A DNA stretch of 64,000 nt from a virus. Both the position numbers and the translations under genes were made by a program. Below the pieces are notes generated by a model that was not told the DNA's origin, ran no database searches, and was given only the letters and a program-made list of their open reading frames with translations. The stretch spans positions 1-64,000 of the IMG/VR virus record IMGVR_UViG_3300007512_002775; one strand, given 5' to 3'. Shown in pieces: positions 37,511-46,625 of this stretch (its first letter is position 1; every line of letters starts with the position of its first letter).

Positions 37511-37882
37511 CTATTGAACTTCTCCGGCATGGGGTTGGCCAACTAAATTATCTTTGATTCGATAATTAATATCTAAGCCTTTTTTAAAAGCAACTCCCAA
37601 GGGTTCTAAGTCTAAAGCTGCCCTTACTTTGTCGTAAGTTTCTGAGTCTAGATTCTCCTTGAGAACCAGCATATCTGCATATTGATGCAAGTCTAGAACA
37701 GAAACAGGCAAATCTTCGCCTTCTGGTCCCGGTTCGATCTCACCGGTCTCCCTAGACTCGAATATGAAGATAACTTTTGGCATTTCCTCTTCAGGAGGAA
37801 CAGGGATAAATGGAATACTAGTTGTTAAAGAATCGTCCAACTCCCCTTCATACATAATCTCTGGGATCCAGTGCTTGCTCAT
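37511..37882 (-). CDS. hypothetical protein
   Basis: GAGG RBS, 123 aa. Confidence 0.6.
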   Translation of the reverse strand: MSKHWIPEIMYEGELDDSLTTSIPFIPVPPEEEMPKVIFIFESRETGEIEPGPEGEDLPVSVLDLHQYADMLVLKENLDSETYDKVRAALDLEPLGVAFKKGLDINYRIKDNLVGQPHAGEVQ

Positions 37883-37941
37883 GCTTTACCTCAGGTAATC
37901 TATAACGTTTCACGCAATATTATGCGTTGCCATTTTTTTGT

Positions 37942-39246
37942 TTATTCACCTTCCACCGTAGAAGCTGCTGCAGCTTGAAGATCCTCTTTGGCTTTCTGAA
38001 CATCTTGCAAGAGCTCTTTACCACCTGGGGTGGTCATCAACGCGTTGGCGATCGCTTCTGTAGGCTCTTTTTCTTGGAGAGCCGCCATAGCTTTCTGGAG
38101 GAGTAGCGGTTTTCCGGTAGTTAGTTGCTCGTCAAAATTCTTCTTTGCATTAACAAAGACCACTTTCTCTGCCGCAGTCAAGGCTTCCTCATCAGATATA
38201 TCCGGCACTTCTTCTCCTTGGCCACCTTTTTGTTGAGCAGCTTGCTGGCGAAATTCTTCAGACTGGGCCATCTTTTGCGCGGTCTGCTTTATTTCTGCGG
38301 ACATTGCTTCTAGCCCTGTCGCTCCTAAATCTAAACCCTTTTCAGCGGCCTTATCAATTATCGATAAAAAAGTATCAACATCGGTCGCTTTTTCCAGGCT
38401 GTTTATCACTTGAAGCTGCAAAATAACCGGTGGGACTGTGCCATCCTCTGCAGCCACGCCTATCTCTTCCATGTAGTCAGCCTGGATCTCTTCTAGCTCC
38501 TGGGCTTGCTTAGCGAATATCTCATCCAAGCCTGTTTCATCGAAATAAGTTTTCAGAGCGTCTTCCAAGTTGGGTTTTTGATCATCGCCTGCTGCAGGCT
38601 CAGCTTCTTGCTCTAAGAGGAGCCTGCCTGCCACGATATCGATCGCCTCGTTGGTACCAAGGTAAAAAAGGCCAGCTAGCTTTTGAAGCAGACTCTTGTC
38701 TTTGCCACCGGCAGCCGCTCCTGCGGCGCCGGCTTTTTTGGCGCCCCCTCCGGAGGCGGGCTCTTGCACGTCGCCACCCACAATGAGGCCGGCCAAAGGT
38801 ATTCGCCAGCCGGATTGATCCAAGTAATCATAAATGTTGTCCGCTTTATCCCAGATTTGCATTGCAGCTTCCGAAGCAATATAATAGTGAGGAGCCAAGA
38901 CGAGTGCAATAATGTCAGCATCGCCACTCGCCAGGGCCTCCTGGTTCTTTTTGAGTATCGGTTCCCACTTCTTCTTGATCTTTTCGTGTCGGTCATCGTA
39001 TTTTGCTGATGCTTTTTCCACAGCTTCCGGACTAAAGGCGAAGAGCAGGTCCAAAGAAAATTTTGCTGCACTGAGTATGTCTTGACCAGTGAGTTTAGCC
39101 GCGTCAACGATGTCAGCAAACGGTTCTACAAAAGCTTTATAGAGGCTCTCCTCATTGAGCTGTCTGGCTTTGACGATCGCGCTGCGGTGGGCCTGCCGGA
39201 TCTTTTGCTTGTAGATGGCCTCAGTAAGTTTTTGGTTCATAAACAC
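37942..39246 (-). CDS. helical Ala/Glu-rich protein (putative virion internal protein)
   Basis: LTEA, LNEE and LLLEQE motifs; ATAATTAT upstream. Confidence 0.65.
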   Translation of the reverse strand: MFMNQKLTEAIYKQKIRQAHRSAIVKARQLNEESLYKAFVEPFADIVDAAKLTGQDILSAAKFSLDLLFAFSPEAVEKASAKYDDRHEKIKKKWEPILKKNQEALASGDADIIALVLAPHYYIASEAAMQIWDKADNIYDYLDQSGWRIPLAGLIVGGDVQEPASGGGAKKAGAAGAAAGGKDKSLLQKLAGLFYLGTNEAIDIVAGRLLLEQEAEPAAGDDQKPNLEDALKTYFDETGLDEIFAKQAQELEEIQADYMEEIGVAAEDGTVPPVILQLQVINSLEKATDVDTFLSIIDKAAEKGLDLGATGLEAMSAEIKQTAQKMAQSEEFRQQAAQQKGGQGEEVPDISDEEALTAAEKVVFVNAKKNFDEQLTTGKPLLLQKAMAALQEKEPTEAIANALMTTPGGKELLQDVQKAKEDLQAAAASTVEGE

Positions 39247-39254
39247 CTCAGGTA

Positions 39255-39262
39255 ATAATTAT
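39255..39262. promoter_or_regulatory. palindromic ATAATTAT, candidate bidirectional late promoter
   Basis: ATAnTTA readable on both strands between divergent genes. Confidence 0.45.
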
Positions 39263-39291
39263 ACTGTAACCAGCGGAGAGGTATATACAAC

Positions 39292-39897
39292 ATGTACATA
39301 GGACTAGTGCCCATGGCCGCCAAACCATACCACGCCGGCCATCATTGGCTTGTAGAGAAGGCAGCAGGCGAAAATGACCACGTCATTCTATTCGTCTCAA
39401 CCTCAGATCGAAAAAGAAAAGGCGAAAAACCCATCTTAGGCCGTGACATGGTAAGAGTGTGGCAGGAAGAATTGGAGCCAGTAATGCCGGCCAACGTAGA
39501 GATCCGATACGGGGGCTCTCCGGTACAAAACGTCTACAAAGAGATCCAAGAAGCAGGGGAAATCGGCTCCGAGGACACTTACTTCGTCTACTCCGATGCG
39601 GCGGATACCGCTCTAAACTACCCAGAAAAGAACCGGATCCGCTGGATGGAGCCTCTCTACGGCTTGGGCCAAGTACGATTCCCTGGAGAGGAGGATCCGG
39701 CCGGTTTCACCCGAGGAGAAGGGTCGCCGAACGTGAGCGGCACTGCCATGAGGCAGGCCATACAAGGGTGTGACATGGAGGCCTTTCGTGCAGGCCTTCC
39801 TGATGGAGTCGATGCCGAAAATGTTTACAACATCCTCTGCGGAAAAGTCAATGAGCGATACCTACGCACGTATGTACGAGCAATCATCGCCGGCTGA
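39292..39897 (+). CDS. HxGH cytidylyltransferase-like nucleotidyltransferase with C-terminal tag
   Basis: KPYHAGH, VSGTAMR; ends NERYLRTYVRAIIAG. Confidence 0.8.
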   Translation: MYIGLVPMAAKPYHAGHHWLVEKAAGENDHVILFVSTSDRKRKGEKPILGRDMVRVWQEELEPVMPANVEIRYGGSPVQNVYKEIQEAGEIGSEDTYFVYSDAADTALNYPEKNRIRWMEPLYGLGQVRFPGEEDPAGFTRGEGSPNVSGTAMRQAIQGCDMEAFRAGLPDGVDAENVYNILCGKVNERYLRTYVRAIIAG

Positions 39898-40398
39898 TCA
39901 GTGCGGGATCAGATGAGACTCAAAATCAACATCTAGAGGCGCGATGGCTCGGCCGATGGCTTGAATGTTCTCAGGATTATCCTCAAACAATCGAACAGCA
40001 TCAAACTCGCCGTCCTTGAGGCGGCCCAAAACGTACAGAGCTTTGGCCATCGGATTAGAGGTGCCAGTCGCTCGTACATCGATCCCCGGAACCCCGTTGT
40101 CAGCCATGAACTGGCGAACCGGTTCGTCCTCAGCGCGCGCCGTGAGGATGGCCACTGAGTCCAGTCCATCTTGGGCGACTGCGGCCTTTAGCTCGCCGAA
40201 GACGTCGTCGATGATCTGCGCATCGACCGGATACACATCGAACTCATCAAAGTCGAATTCTTCGTCTCCTTGCGGATGGTACTGTGCATACTCATCGGAT
40301 GTGAGAGCTTCGCGAGTACCGTCCGGACGAATCAAGTAGATCACGGCTTCTGACCTGACGAGAGTATCGTCAAAGTCGAATATGTGCAAAATAGCCAT
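39898..40398 (-). CDS. HAD-superfamily phosphatase (RNA-repair-type HAD)
   Basis: IFDFDDTL, ILTAR, K, FEDN..N. Confidence 0.78.
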   Translation of the reverse strand: MAILHIFDFDDTLVRSEAVIYLIRPDGTREALTSDEYAQYHPQGDEEFDFDEFDVYPVDAQIIDDVFGELKAAVAQDGLDSVAILTARAEDEPVRQFMADNGVPGIDVRATGTSNPMAKALYVLGRLKDGEFDAVRLFEDNPENIQAIGRAIAPLDVDFESHLIPH

Positions 40399-40444
40399 AT
40401 TCTTAAATAGATCTTAATTGGGGAGTTTGGTATTTACAACCAGA

Positions 40445-40756
40445 TCAGAACGTTTCAGGGAGGCGGGTCCAGACCCTCTCTCCCCATTCCACTCGATCGC
40501 TGCCGTGCACTCCGGCGTTTTCGAGCTCGACGTCGATCAAGCTTTGGATCGCATCCTCGTCCGCAATGTCGACGGCTCCTGCATCGATGGCGTTGATGAC
40601 TATCAAAGCCACATCATCCAAAGTCTCTCCGGATGCCGATCGCATGTGAGGGCCATCCCATGCACCGGGAGGCCATCGGATGCCAGGCCGCAACTGGCCT
40701 TCGCTCAGCAGACTCTCTCTGATGATCCGCCTGAGCTTGTTTTCGGTGATCCTCAT
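40445..40756 (-). CDS. tagged small protein
   Basis: MRITENKLRRIIRESLLSE; start re-called. Confidence 0.7.
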   Translation of the reverse strand: MRITENKLRRIIRESLLSEGQLRPGIRWPPGAWDGPHMRSASGETLDDVALIVINAIDAGAVDIADEDAIQSLIDVELENAGVHGSDRVEWGERVWTRLPETF

Positions 40757-40757
40757 C

Positions 40758-41015
40758 TTAAACGTAGACTCCCTGCGAGGGAACATTCCGGCGGAGCCGG
40801 CTCTCAACATCCCTGAGGGCTGCAGCGAGGGCATCCACTACGGCACCGTCTTCGAGATCCAGATCGGTATACATCTGTTCTTCATACAGCATCTCTAGGA
40901 TGTGATCAGCCATGCTCTGCTGCAGATCTGCCATCTCCGGGTCGATCTGCTCGGATACAAGCTTCCGCTTCTCTTCGCGGATGATCCGTCTTAGCTGTCG
41001 TTTTGTTACTTTCAC
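40758..41015 (-). CDS. tagged small protein
   Basis: MKVTKRQLRRIIREEKRKLVSE; CATACTTA at 41035-41042. Confidence 0.72.
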   Translation of the reverse strand: MKVTKRQLRRIIREEKRKLVSEQIDPEMADLQQSMADHILEMLYEEQMYTDLDLEDGAVVDALAAALRDVESRLRRNVPSQGVYV

Positions 41016-41053
41016 CTTAGACTCCTATGTGGCATAAGTATGATCCTCTATGC

Positions 41054-42538
41054 CTAAACTTTTATCCTATCGATCACCTGTGGCGAGCTCACAGCCAGCT
41101 GCTTGTAGAGCTTCTTGACGATGGCCTTGGTGATGTCCCCCATCTCTTTTTTGGTCGCCTTGTTCTTCAGCGTCTTCTCGACCTCCTTCTGGATGGTCTT
41201 CGCCAGATCGTTGCCGACGACTTTATCGATCTCCTTCTTGGCCTGCTTGCGCGCAATGCGCTCGATCTCACGCTTGTCAGTCTTGGTCAGCTCTTCGATG
41301 AGGAGGGACTCGTTGATGTACTCGCCGAGAAGCTCCCCCATGTCGTCGGCGACTGCTTGATGGATTGGGCCGGCCCCAAGGCCACCCCCAATAGGATCAT
41401 AAAGTACGTCGTCTGAGCTAGGAGTTCTTGGTACCTTTCCTTTCTGCACTTGCCCAGACCACTTAATCAAACCCGAAGGATCGGTGAAAAAATCATTGCT
41501 ATCTGCCCGAAACTTTCCGCGGGTGTCTTTGCTCGTCATAGCCCCCCATGCAGTCGATGGTCGGAACCTTAGAGTCATTTGCTCTTCTCCCTCGGCGTAT
41601 TTTTTCGCTTCGTTTGAAATAGATTTTATAGTAGATAACACTGCGTCCAATTCTCCCAGACTCATCGTGGGGGAGGTCACGTCATGCGTCAACACACCAT
41701 CAGCCCGGCGCGGATTATTACTATCTCCGCCGAGAACAACCTCTAAAAAGGGAAGGTAATTCCGGCCTAACGCATCTTTTAGAGTAACGTAATAGTTATC
41801 CACTTGAAGAATGCTCTTAGGCATTACTTTTTGGCCCTTCCCCGAAACATATTTTCCTACGACAACTAATTTGTCCTTCACTAGCTGGTCTAAGCGTGGG
41901 CCGCCTTTCGGGCCGGCAGTCATTTCACCCGGTTTAGTCGGATGAGGAACGTTTTTAGGCGGCCTAACGTCAGGAATTGTATTGCCATCCCAATTAGGAG
42001 GAACATATGATGGATCTACTTTATGAATAGAATTGAGCACAAGATCATACGCTTTCTGAATTTGGGGTGCCTGACTTTTAGAATGAGCCTTAACTTTTTC
42101 GTACCAGGCGTCCACCATTTCTTGCGCTTCGGCCGTCGTGAAGACTGGCGTGCCGTCAGTTTGAATGGCCAGAAGCGATGACTTCAAGTCAGATCTGTCC
42201 ATCCAATTGCCAACCATCGCAAAATTCAATTTTTTCATGCTCACGCCCAGCTGATCAGTGCCGTTTTCTCCTGCCAGCAAGACCACATCAGCTTTAGGTT
42301 CTGGCTGTCCACCTCCAGCTTGACATGCGCCCCATAATTCGCGCTCCCCTAAGTCACCTAACGATATCAAAATCGGTTGAACTTCTTCAGAGTTTGTTAT
42401 AAAACAATCTTTACCAACAATAGCACCAGTAAGATTGTTGATGGAATCGCTAAGGTTTCTCTCGCTTTGTTGGCCAGAGACAAACTCCACCAAGAGGCGT
42501 CGCACCCACTCTCGCAATAGTCGTTCGTTGGTCATCAT
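41054..42538 (-). CDS. tagged protein with PD-(D/E)XK-like domain and C-terminal helical domain
   Basis: NERLLREWVRRLLVE; PKADVVL...GVSMK; YINESLLIEE before the last domain. Confidence 0.6.
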   Translation of the reverse strand: MMTNERLLREWVRRLLVEFVSGQQSERNLSDSINNLTGAIVGKDCFITNSEEVQPILISLGDLGERELWGACQAGGGQPEPKADVVLLAGENGTDQLGVSMKKLNFAMVGNWMDRSDLKSSLLAIQTDGTPVFTTAEAQEMVDAWYEKVKAHSKSQAPQIQKAYDLVLNSIHKVDPSYVPPNWDGNTIPDVRPPKNVPHPTKPGEMTAGPKGGPRLDQLVKDKLVVVGKYVSGKGQKVMPKSILQVDNYYVTLKDALGRNYLPFLEVVLGGDSNNPRRADGVLTHDVTSPTMSLGELDAVLSTIKSISNEAKKYAEGEEQMTLRFRPSTAWGAMTSKDTRGKFRADSNDFFTDPSGLIKWSGQVQKGKVPRTPSSDDVLYDPIGGGLGAGPIHQAVADDMGELLGEYINESLLIEELTKTDKREIERIARKQAKKEIDKVVGNDLAKTIQKEVEKTLKNKATKKEMGDITKAIVKKLYKQLAVSSPQVIDRIKV

Positions 42539-43833
42539 CCCGCCAGAATCATGCTCTTGATATAAGTACGCAGCAACGCCTCTCCTTGACCCTTGGGAAT
42601 GCGATAAGATGCGCCAATGATCTGGTTCAGCGGCGCGAACGCCCCGGTCAGCTTGTAGAGCGCCTTGCTGCCAGGCGGGTGTTCGAAGACGATGCCCTCC
42701 ATGGAGGACGAAATGTTATCAGGAGAGCCGAGCTTGTCGAGCTGTCGTTTGAGCATGTCGCGGCGCGCATCAGCCTTGGCGTCACGGGCCCCTTCGATCG
42801 CAGCGACGGCGGACTCCAGCTCGCTCTTCAGGCGATCGATCTCCTCATTGTGACCGGCAGTCAACACCGAGGCCGTGTCGCGCAGCACCTCGACCGCCAG
42901 ATCGTGGATCGCCAGCTGCACCGGGACCGTCACAGCACCAGAGGCTTTCATGGCGTTCGTCTGTGTGCCGAGCGCACTGACCTGGCGCTGCACGTCTCGA
43001 TTCAGGCCGCTCTTGATGTCGGCCAGCTGCGGCAGCGTGTCCGGATCCAGGCCCCGGCCGAGGCCGACGATGCGACGGATCAGATCCTCTTGCTTGTTGA
43101 CGGCGATCGGCAGATTTCCGACGGGCCCTTGGCGCAGCTTCTCCTCGACGAACTCTGCCATGGTCTGATCGTCTCTGACCCCCAGGGCGTCGATCTTACT
43201 CACGAAGTCCGAGTGCACCTCGGTGCCGCTCAAGTCCTGCAGCTCGATCACTTGCGGGCCGATGATGTTCCACTGCGCCTCGTCCTGCTCTGCCTGCGCG
43301 GCGTCGATTGCGGTCACCAGCCGATCGAAGTCGTCCTCACCGCGGAGCTGCACGCCGACGAGATTGCCTTCCGCATCGAACTCCTGCAGGTTGTGCATGA
43401 CGACGTAGTCGCCGCCGTATACGATGACGTTGGGATTGCCGGTGTAGACGATCTCAGCATTGATGTAACGCTGGCCACCGGGCGTTTGTGGTTCGAATAT
43501 GTCGGCTAGCGCCGATTGGTCCAGGCTGGCAAGCCCACCCTCGATGGCCGCAAAGCCGCCGGTGAACGCGCTCTCCGCCGGATGGCCGACCCACTTGGAA
43601 GCGAACTCCTCCGGGGTCATGCCGCCGGCGAGCATGTTGCCCTTGTTGCGTGCGGTCCGAATGGTACCGGTCTGGGGGTCTACTTGGAACTTGAAGAATA
43701 TGTTTTGGCCATCGACCTTCTCGACGACCGGGGTCTCGGCTGCCACGACATCCGCCAAGAGGTCTTTGAGTTCACCGAAGGTGAAGTCTAAGTTCTCGTG
43801 TAAGTGTGCTAGATGTCCGGCGAGTGCGCCCAC
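42535..43833 (-). CDS. ligase/nucleotidyltransferase-like protein (KxDG; DUF6267-like) with C-terminal tag
   Basis: GHLAHL.E, EKVDGQN, NAEI, EGIVF, YKLTG.FAP.NQ; ends EALLRTYIKSMILAG. Confidence 0.65.
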   Translation of the reverse strand: MGALAGHLAHLHENLDFTFGELKDLLADVVAAETPVVEKVDGQNIFFKFQVDPQTGTIRTARNKGNMLAGGMTPEEFASKWVGHPAESAFTGGFAAIEGGLASLDQSALADIFEPQTPGGQRYINAEIVYTGNPNVIVYGGDYVVMHNLQEFDAEGNLVGVQLRGEDDFDRLVTAIDAAQAEQDEAQWNIIGPQVIELQDLSGTEVHSDFVSKIDALGVRDDQTMAEFVEEKLRQGPVGNLPIAVNKQEDLIRRIVGLGRGLDPDTLPQLADIKSGLNRDVQRQVSALGTQTNAMKASGAVTVPVQLAIHDLAVEVLRDTASVLTAGHNEEIDRLKSELESAVAAIEGARDAKADARRDMLKRQLDKLGSPDNISSSMEGIVFEHPPGSKALYKLTGAFAPLNQIIGASYRIPKGQGEALLRTYIKSMILAG

Positions 43834-43862
43834 GTGGCCTCCTGTGCGTTACGGTGTGATCC

Positions 43863-43890
43863 ATTATAACACACGAACGCAGAAAATGCA
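43863..43890 (-). promoter_or_regulatory. early promoter TGCATT-N16-TATAAT
   Basis: variant of the repeated motif, with extended -10 TG. Confidence 0.55.
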
Positions 43891-45051
43891 CTAAAGAAGA
43901 CCGGCAAGGCTTCGCCAGCGTTCCATGATCAGGTCGTCAGAACTGTTCTGAGATCTGGCCGACTCGTGGGCCATGCCTTTTTGTTGGCGACCCAGAGCGT
44001 TTCCTAACGAAGTGAGCACCGGAATGATGTCACTAGCAGGCGCCATCACCTTATGACCTTTGATAGAAGCACCCGGGTCGACGATCATCGTCCCGGACCA
44101 ACGGTGGTGACCGTCCAAGATCTCATCACCACCCGTGATGTAAGCCCCTAGCTCCTTGCCGTCGAAGCCTCCACCTAAAGCAAACGCGAGAGATTTTCCG
44201 ACGAGAACATTGCTCTGTGTGGGAATCATGGCAGCCACGTCGATCGGCTCGTTCTCTTTGACCTCGATCGAATCGTCAGGCTCAGTCTCATCCTTCAAGC
44301 CCTTGACGAGGAAGCTCAGAGCCAGGCCCTTGATGTCGTCAATGACGACCTTTTCTTTCTCCCCCTTTACGGGCGCACCGGGCATCCCAGCCTTGTGCTT
44401 TTGAGGATACTTGTCTTCCAACAGACGCGCAGCCAAACGATCGTAGGCTTCTTCCTTGACCTCTTCTTTCTTCGCTTGAGAGGCATGCCACGCCTCAACG
44501 TCCTCTTCGCCACCGGCCAACGGATCGGCCATGTCGATGTTCAGCTGGCCGCCAGGCTCCAATGCATCTTTGACATGATCGATATCGCTGGGCTCGAGCG
44601 CTGGCATCTGATCTTTTGGTTTTCCGCCTGTGGGAAGTTTGCCTTGCACGTTTGCAATGTTATCTCGCAAAAAGGAAGGCCCCTTTTCTAGAACCCAAGC
44701 CGCAATCGCCTTGATGCCTTCCGGGGTATCCGCCTTTGGAATCCCTGGGGTGTGCTCAGGGTTATGAAAGGCCGCGATAGCTGCGTAGACCGGCGCTTCA
44801 GGATCGCCGCTAGCCAATTGAGCCACGAGCTCAGTCGCATCGATTTTTGTTATATTATCATTCCCACTAAACGCAGTCATTTGTGGATTCTGGAACTCGG
44901 TTGGGAGGCCTTCTATTGCAGCTTCTTCTGCTGTCGCCTCTTCCTGTTCGAATAACAACGAAACCAAAGGCGTACTACGCATTGGCCGCTGCGAATTAGT
45001 GACTTCCTGTATGATCATCGAACGCAGCTCGTTAGCTGTGAGTTTTTTCAT
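43891..45051 (-). CDS. ParB/Srx-like domain protein, tagged at both ends
   Basis: MKKLTANELRSMIIQEV; MIPTQS, ILDGHHRW; ends ERWRSLAGLL; CATATTTA at 45080-45087. Confidence 0.7.
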   Translation of the reverse strand: MKKLTANELRSMIIQEVTNSQRPMRSTPLVSLLFEQEEATAEEAAIEGLPTEFQNPQMTAFSGNDNITKIDATELVAQLASGDPEAPVYAAIAAFHNPEHTPGIPKADTPEGIKAIAAWVLEKGPSFLRDNIANVQGKLPTGGKPKDQMPALEPSDIDHVKDALEPGGQLNIDMADPLAGGEEDVEAWHASQAKKEEVKEEAYDRLAARLLEDKYPQKHKAGMPGAPVKGEKEKVVIDDIKGLALSFLVKGLKDETEPDDSIEVKENEPIDVAAMIPTQSNVLVGKSLAFALGGGFDGKELGAYITGGDEILDGHHRWSGTMIVDPGASIKGHKVMAPASDIIPVLTSLGNALGRQQKGMAHESARSQNSSDDLIMERWRSLAGLL

Positions 45052-45087
45052 AGCGGGCCCTCTCCTCATGCCTCAGCACTAAATATG

Positions 45088-45360
45088 TTATTCCGGCTGA
45101 AGTCTCTGTGCTCTTCTCAGTTTTCGACGCAACACCTTGAGCAACCCATTATAATGCTCACGTGCGTCCGTGCGCCCGGGACAAGCGTCGCGGTCTTCAC
45201 AGGCATCTTCAATCCTGTATTGAAGATCTTTCACGCACCTAGGGCTGTCCATCCGAACCTGTTTACCATTGATGCATCGGTGCATCTCAGATGCGTCATC
45301 CGCTCTCACTGCCTCGGCGAGGCGCGCGCGCAATCGCCTCTTTAGTTGAGAGCGTCTCAC
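45088..45360 (-). CDS. small basic Cys-containing protein
   Basis: QLKRRLRARLAEA tag-like N-terminus. Confidence 0.55.
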   Translation of the reverse strand: MRRSQLKRRLRARLAEAVRADDASEMHRCINGKQVRMDSPRCVKDLQYRIEDACEDRDACPGRTDAREHYNGLLKVLRRKLRRAQRLQPE

Positions 45361-46088
45361 GATAGGCTCTTGTATGCCTCGAGAATCTTTCTAATGTGAC
45401 CTTTTTGCTGCTGCTCGCCGACGATGATCGGAGCTTCTTCGGTGCCGGCCCCTTGCGGCTTCTCCTTTTCTTTGACCTTCACAGTGACTTTTTCTTTTTT
45501 AGTAGGCGAGGTCTCCCCCTTTTTCACCCGTAGTCCCACATCGCCTGGATCAATCGCCTCGCCGCCAGAAACCACGCCGGCTAGAATCTGTGCTAAAGCT
45601 GTCAAAAATATAAACAGAGACTCTCGCTCTTGTTTGGCTAAGCCTTTTAAATATTGATCGAAAGACTTGCGTACAGCAGGATCCTTCAACGATTTTCCGC
45701 CCCGGAGGGCATTGAGTTTATCAACCAAACTCTGTGCGGTCGCTTTATCGATCTGTTGACCAGAAGGAGTGGCTAGTTTGGGAGAATCAGCTGTTCCTTT
45801 CCCTCCCGTTCTATCATCGCGAGGCTTCTCATCTTCCGGCCTAGGCACGCCGGAAGATTGAGTTTCTTCTGTGTCCTCTTCGTTGTCGGCCTCAGCTTCG
45901 TCGACGTCATCAGCCGTCTTTGATTTGTCTTCAGCATTGAGGTTGCGTTTTTTCACAACTGTTGCCAACTTTTCTTGGCGTCGACGCTCATCGTCATCCT
46001 CTGTCAAATGAGTTCCGAGTACCTCTTTAACTGTTTTGAGCGTCTCTCGACGAACGAATCGATCGAGATTGTTTAAATTGATGCTCAT
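45357..46088 (-). CDS. hypothetical (putative virion) protein
   Basis: 243 aa, charged; HLTE, ILEA. Confidence 0.6.
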   Translation of the reverse strand: MSINLNNLDRFVRRETLKTVKEVLGTHLTEDDDERRRQEKLATVVKKRNLNAEDKSKTADDVDEAEADNEEDTEETQSSGVPRPEDEKPRDDRTGGKGTADSPKLATPSGQQIDKATAQSLVDKLNALRGGKSLKDPAVRKSFDQYLKGLAKQERESLFIFLTALAQILAGVVSGGEAIDPGDVGLRVKKGETSPTKKEKVTVKVKEKEKPQGAGTEEAPIIVGEQQQKGHIRKILEAYKSLS

Positions 46089-46273
46089 TTTTGCTTCTCG
46101 TACGTCCGCAAATTCAATGGGTGTTCACGATACTTCCGTAACAAGCGCCGGGCATGCCAATTCTCTTCTTGGTCACGTCGGGCTTCTCGACGTACGTTAA
46201 GCTCATCCTCTTTTTTTTCTAGGTCCTGCATAAATTTTTCGAAAACAAACGTCTGCTGTTCACTCATTGTCAT
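46085..46273 (-). CDS. hypothetical protein
   Basis: ATGA coupling. Confidence 0.55.
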   Translation of the reverse strand: MTMSEQQTFVFEKFMQDLEKKEDELNVRREARRDQEENWHARRLLRKYREHPLNLRTYEKQK

Positions 46274-46625
46274 TTTCCTCTTTATTAATTATCTCTTCCA
46301 AACTTAAGACCAAGTACTTAGTCGCTCCTTCATAAACCACTTTAAGCGACCTCATGAACCCAAACCTATGTTCACCATAACTGAATATGATCTCTGGTAT
46401 CGGAGCGACGTCGCTAAAGTCTAGGCCTGGAACTTCTAGCTCAAATTCCCACACTTTATCCCCTGCATTCAACAATTGAGCACTCTTCAAACTGCATATA
46501 AACGTCATGCCGGCAAAGGTTATCGTAGGATCGTTGGTCGTATCTACTCCCATGATGTTATCTAAATCATTACTCATGATCAAGTTATCCGGATTAGAAA
46601 GGGCTCTCTGGAATTCTAAATCCAT
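46260..46625 (-). CDS. hypothetical protein
   Basis: 121 aa in operon. Confidence 0.55.
   Translation of the reverse strand: MDLEFQRALSNPDNLIMSNDLDNIMGVDTTNDPTITFAGMTFICSLKSAQLLNAGDKVWEFELEVPGLDFSDVAPIPEIIFSYGEHRFGFMRSLKVVYEGATKYLVLSLEEIINKEENDNE

Noticed and set aside
42586-43509. 307-aa plus-strand ORF
   Set aside because: Antisense shadow of the GC-rich ligase-like gene.
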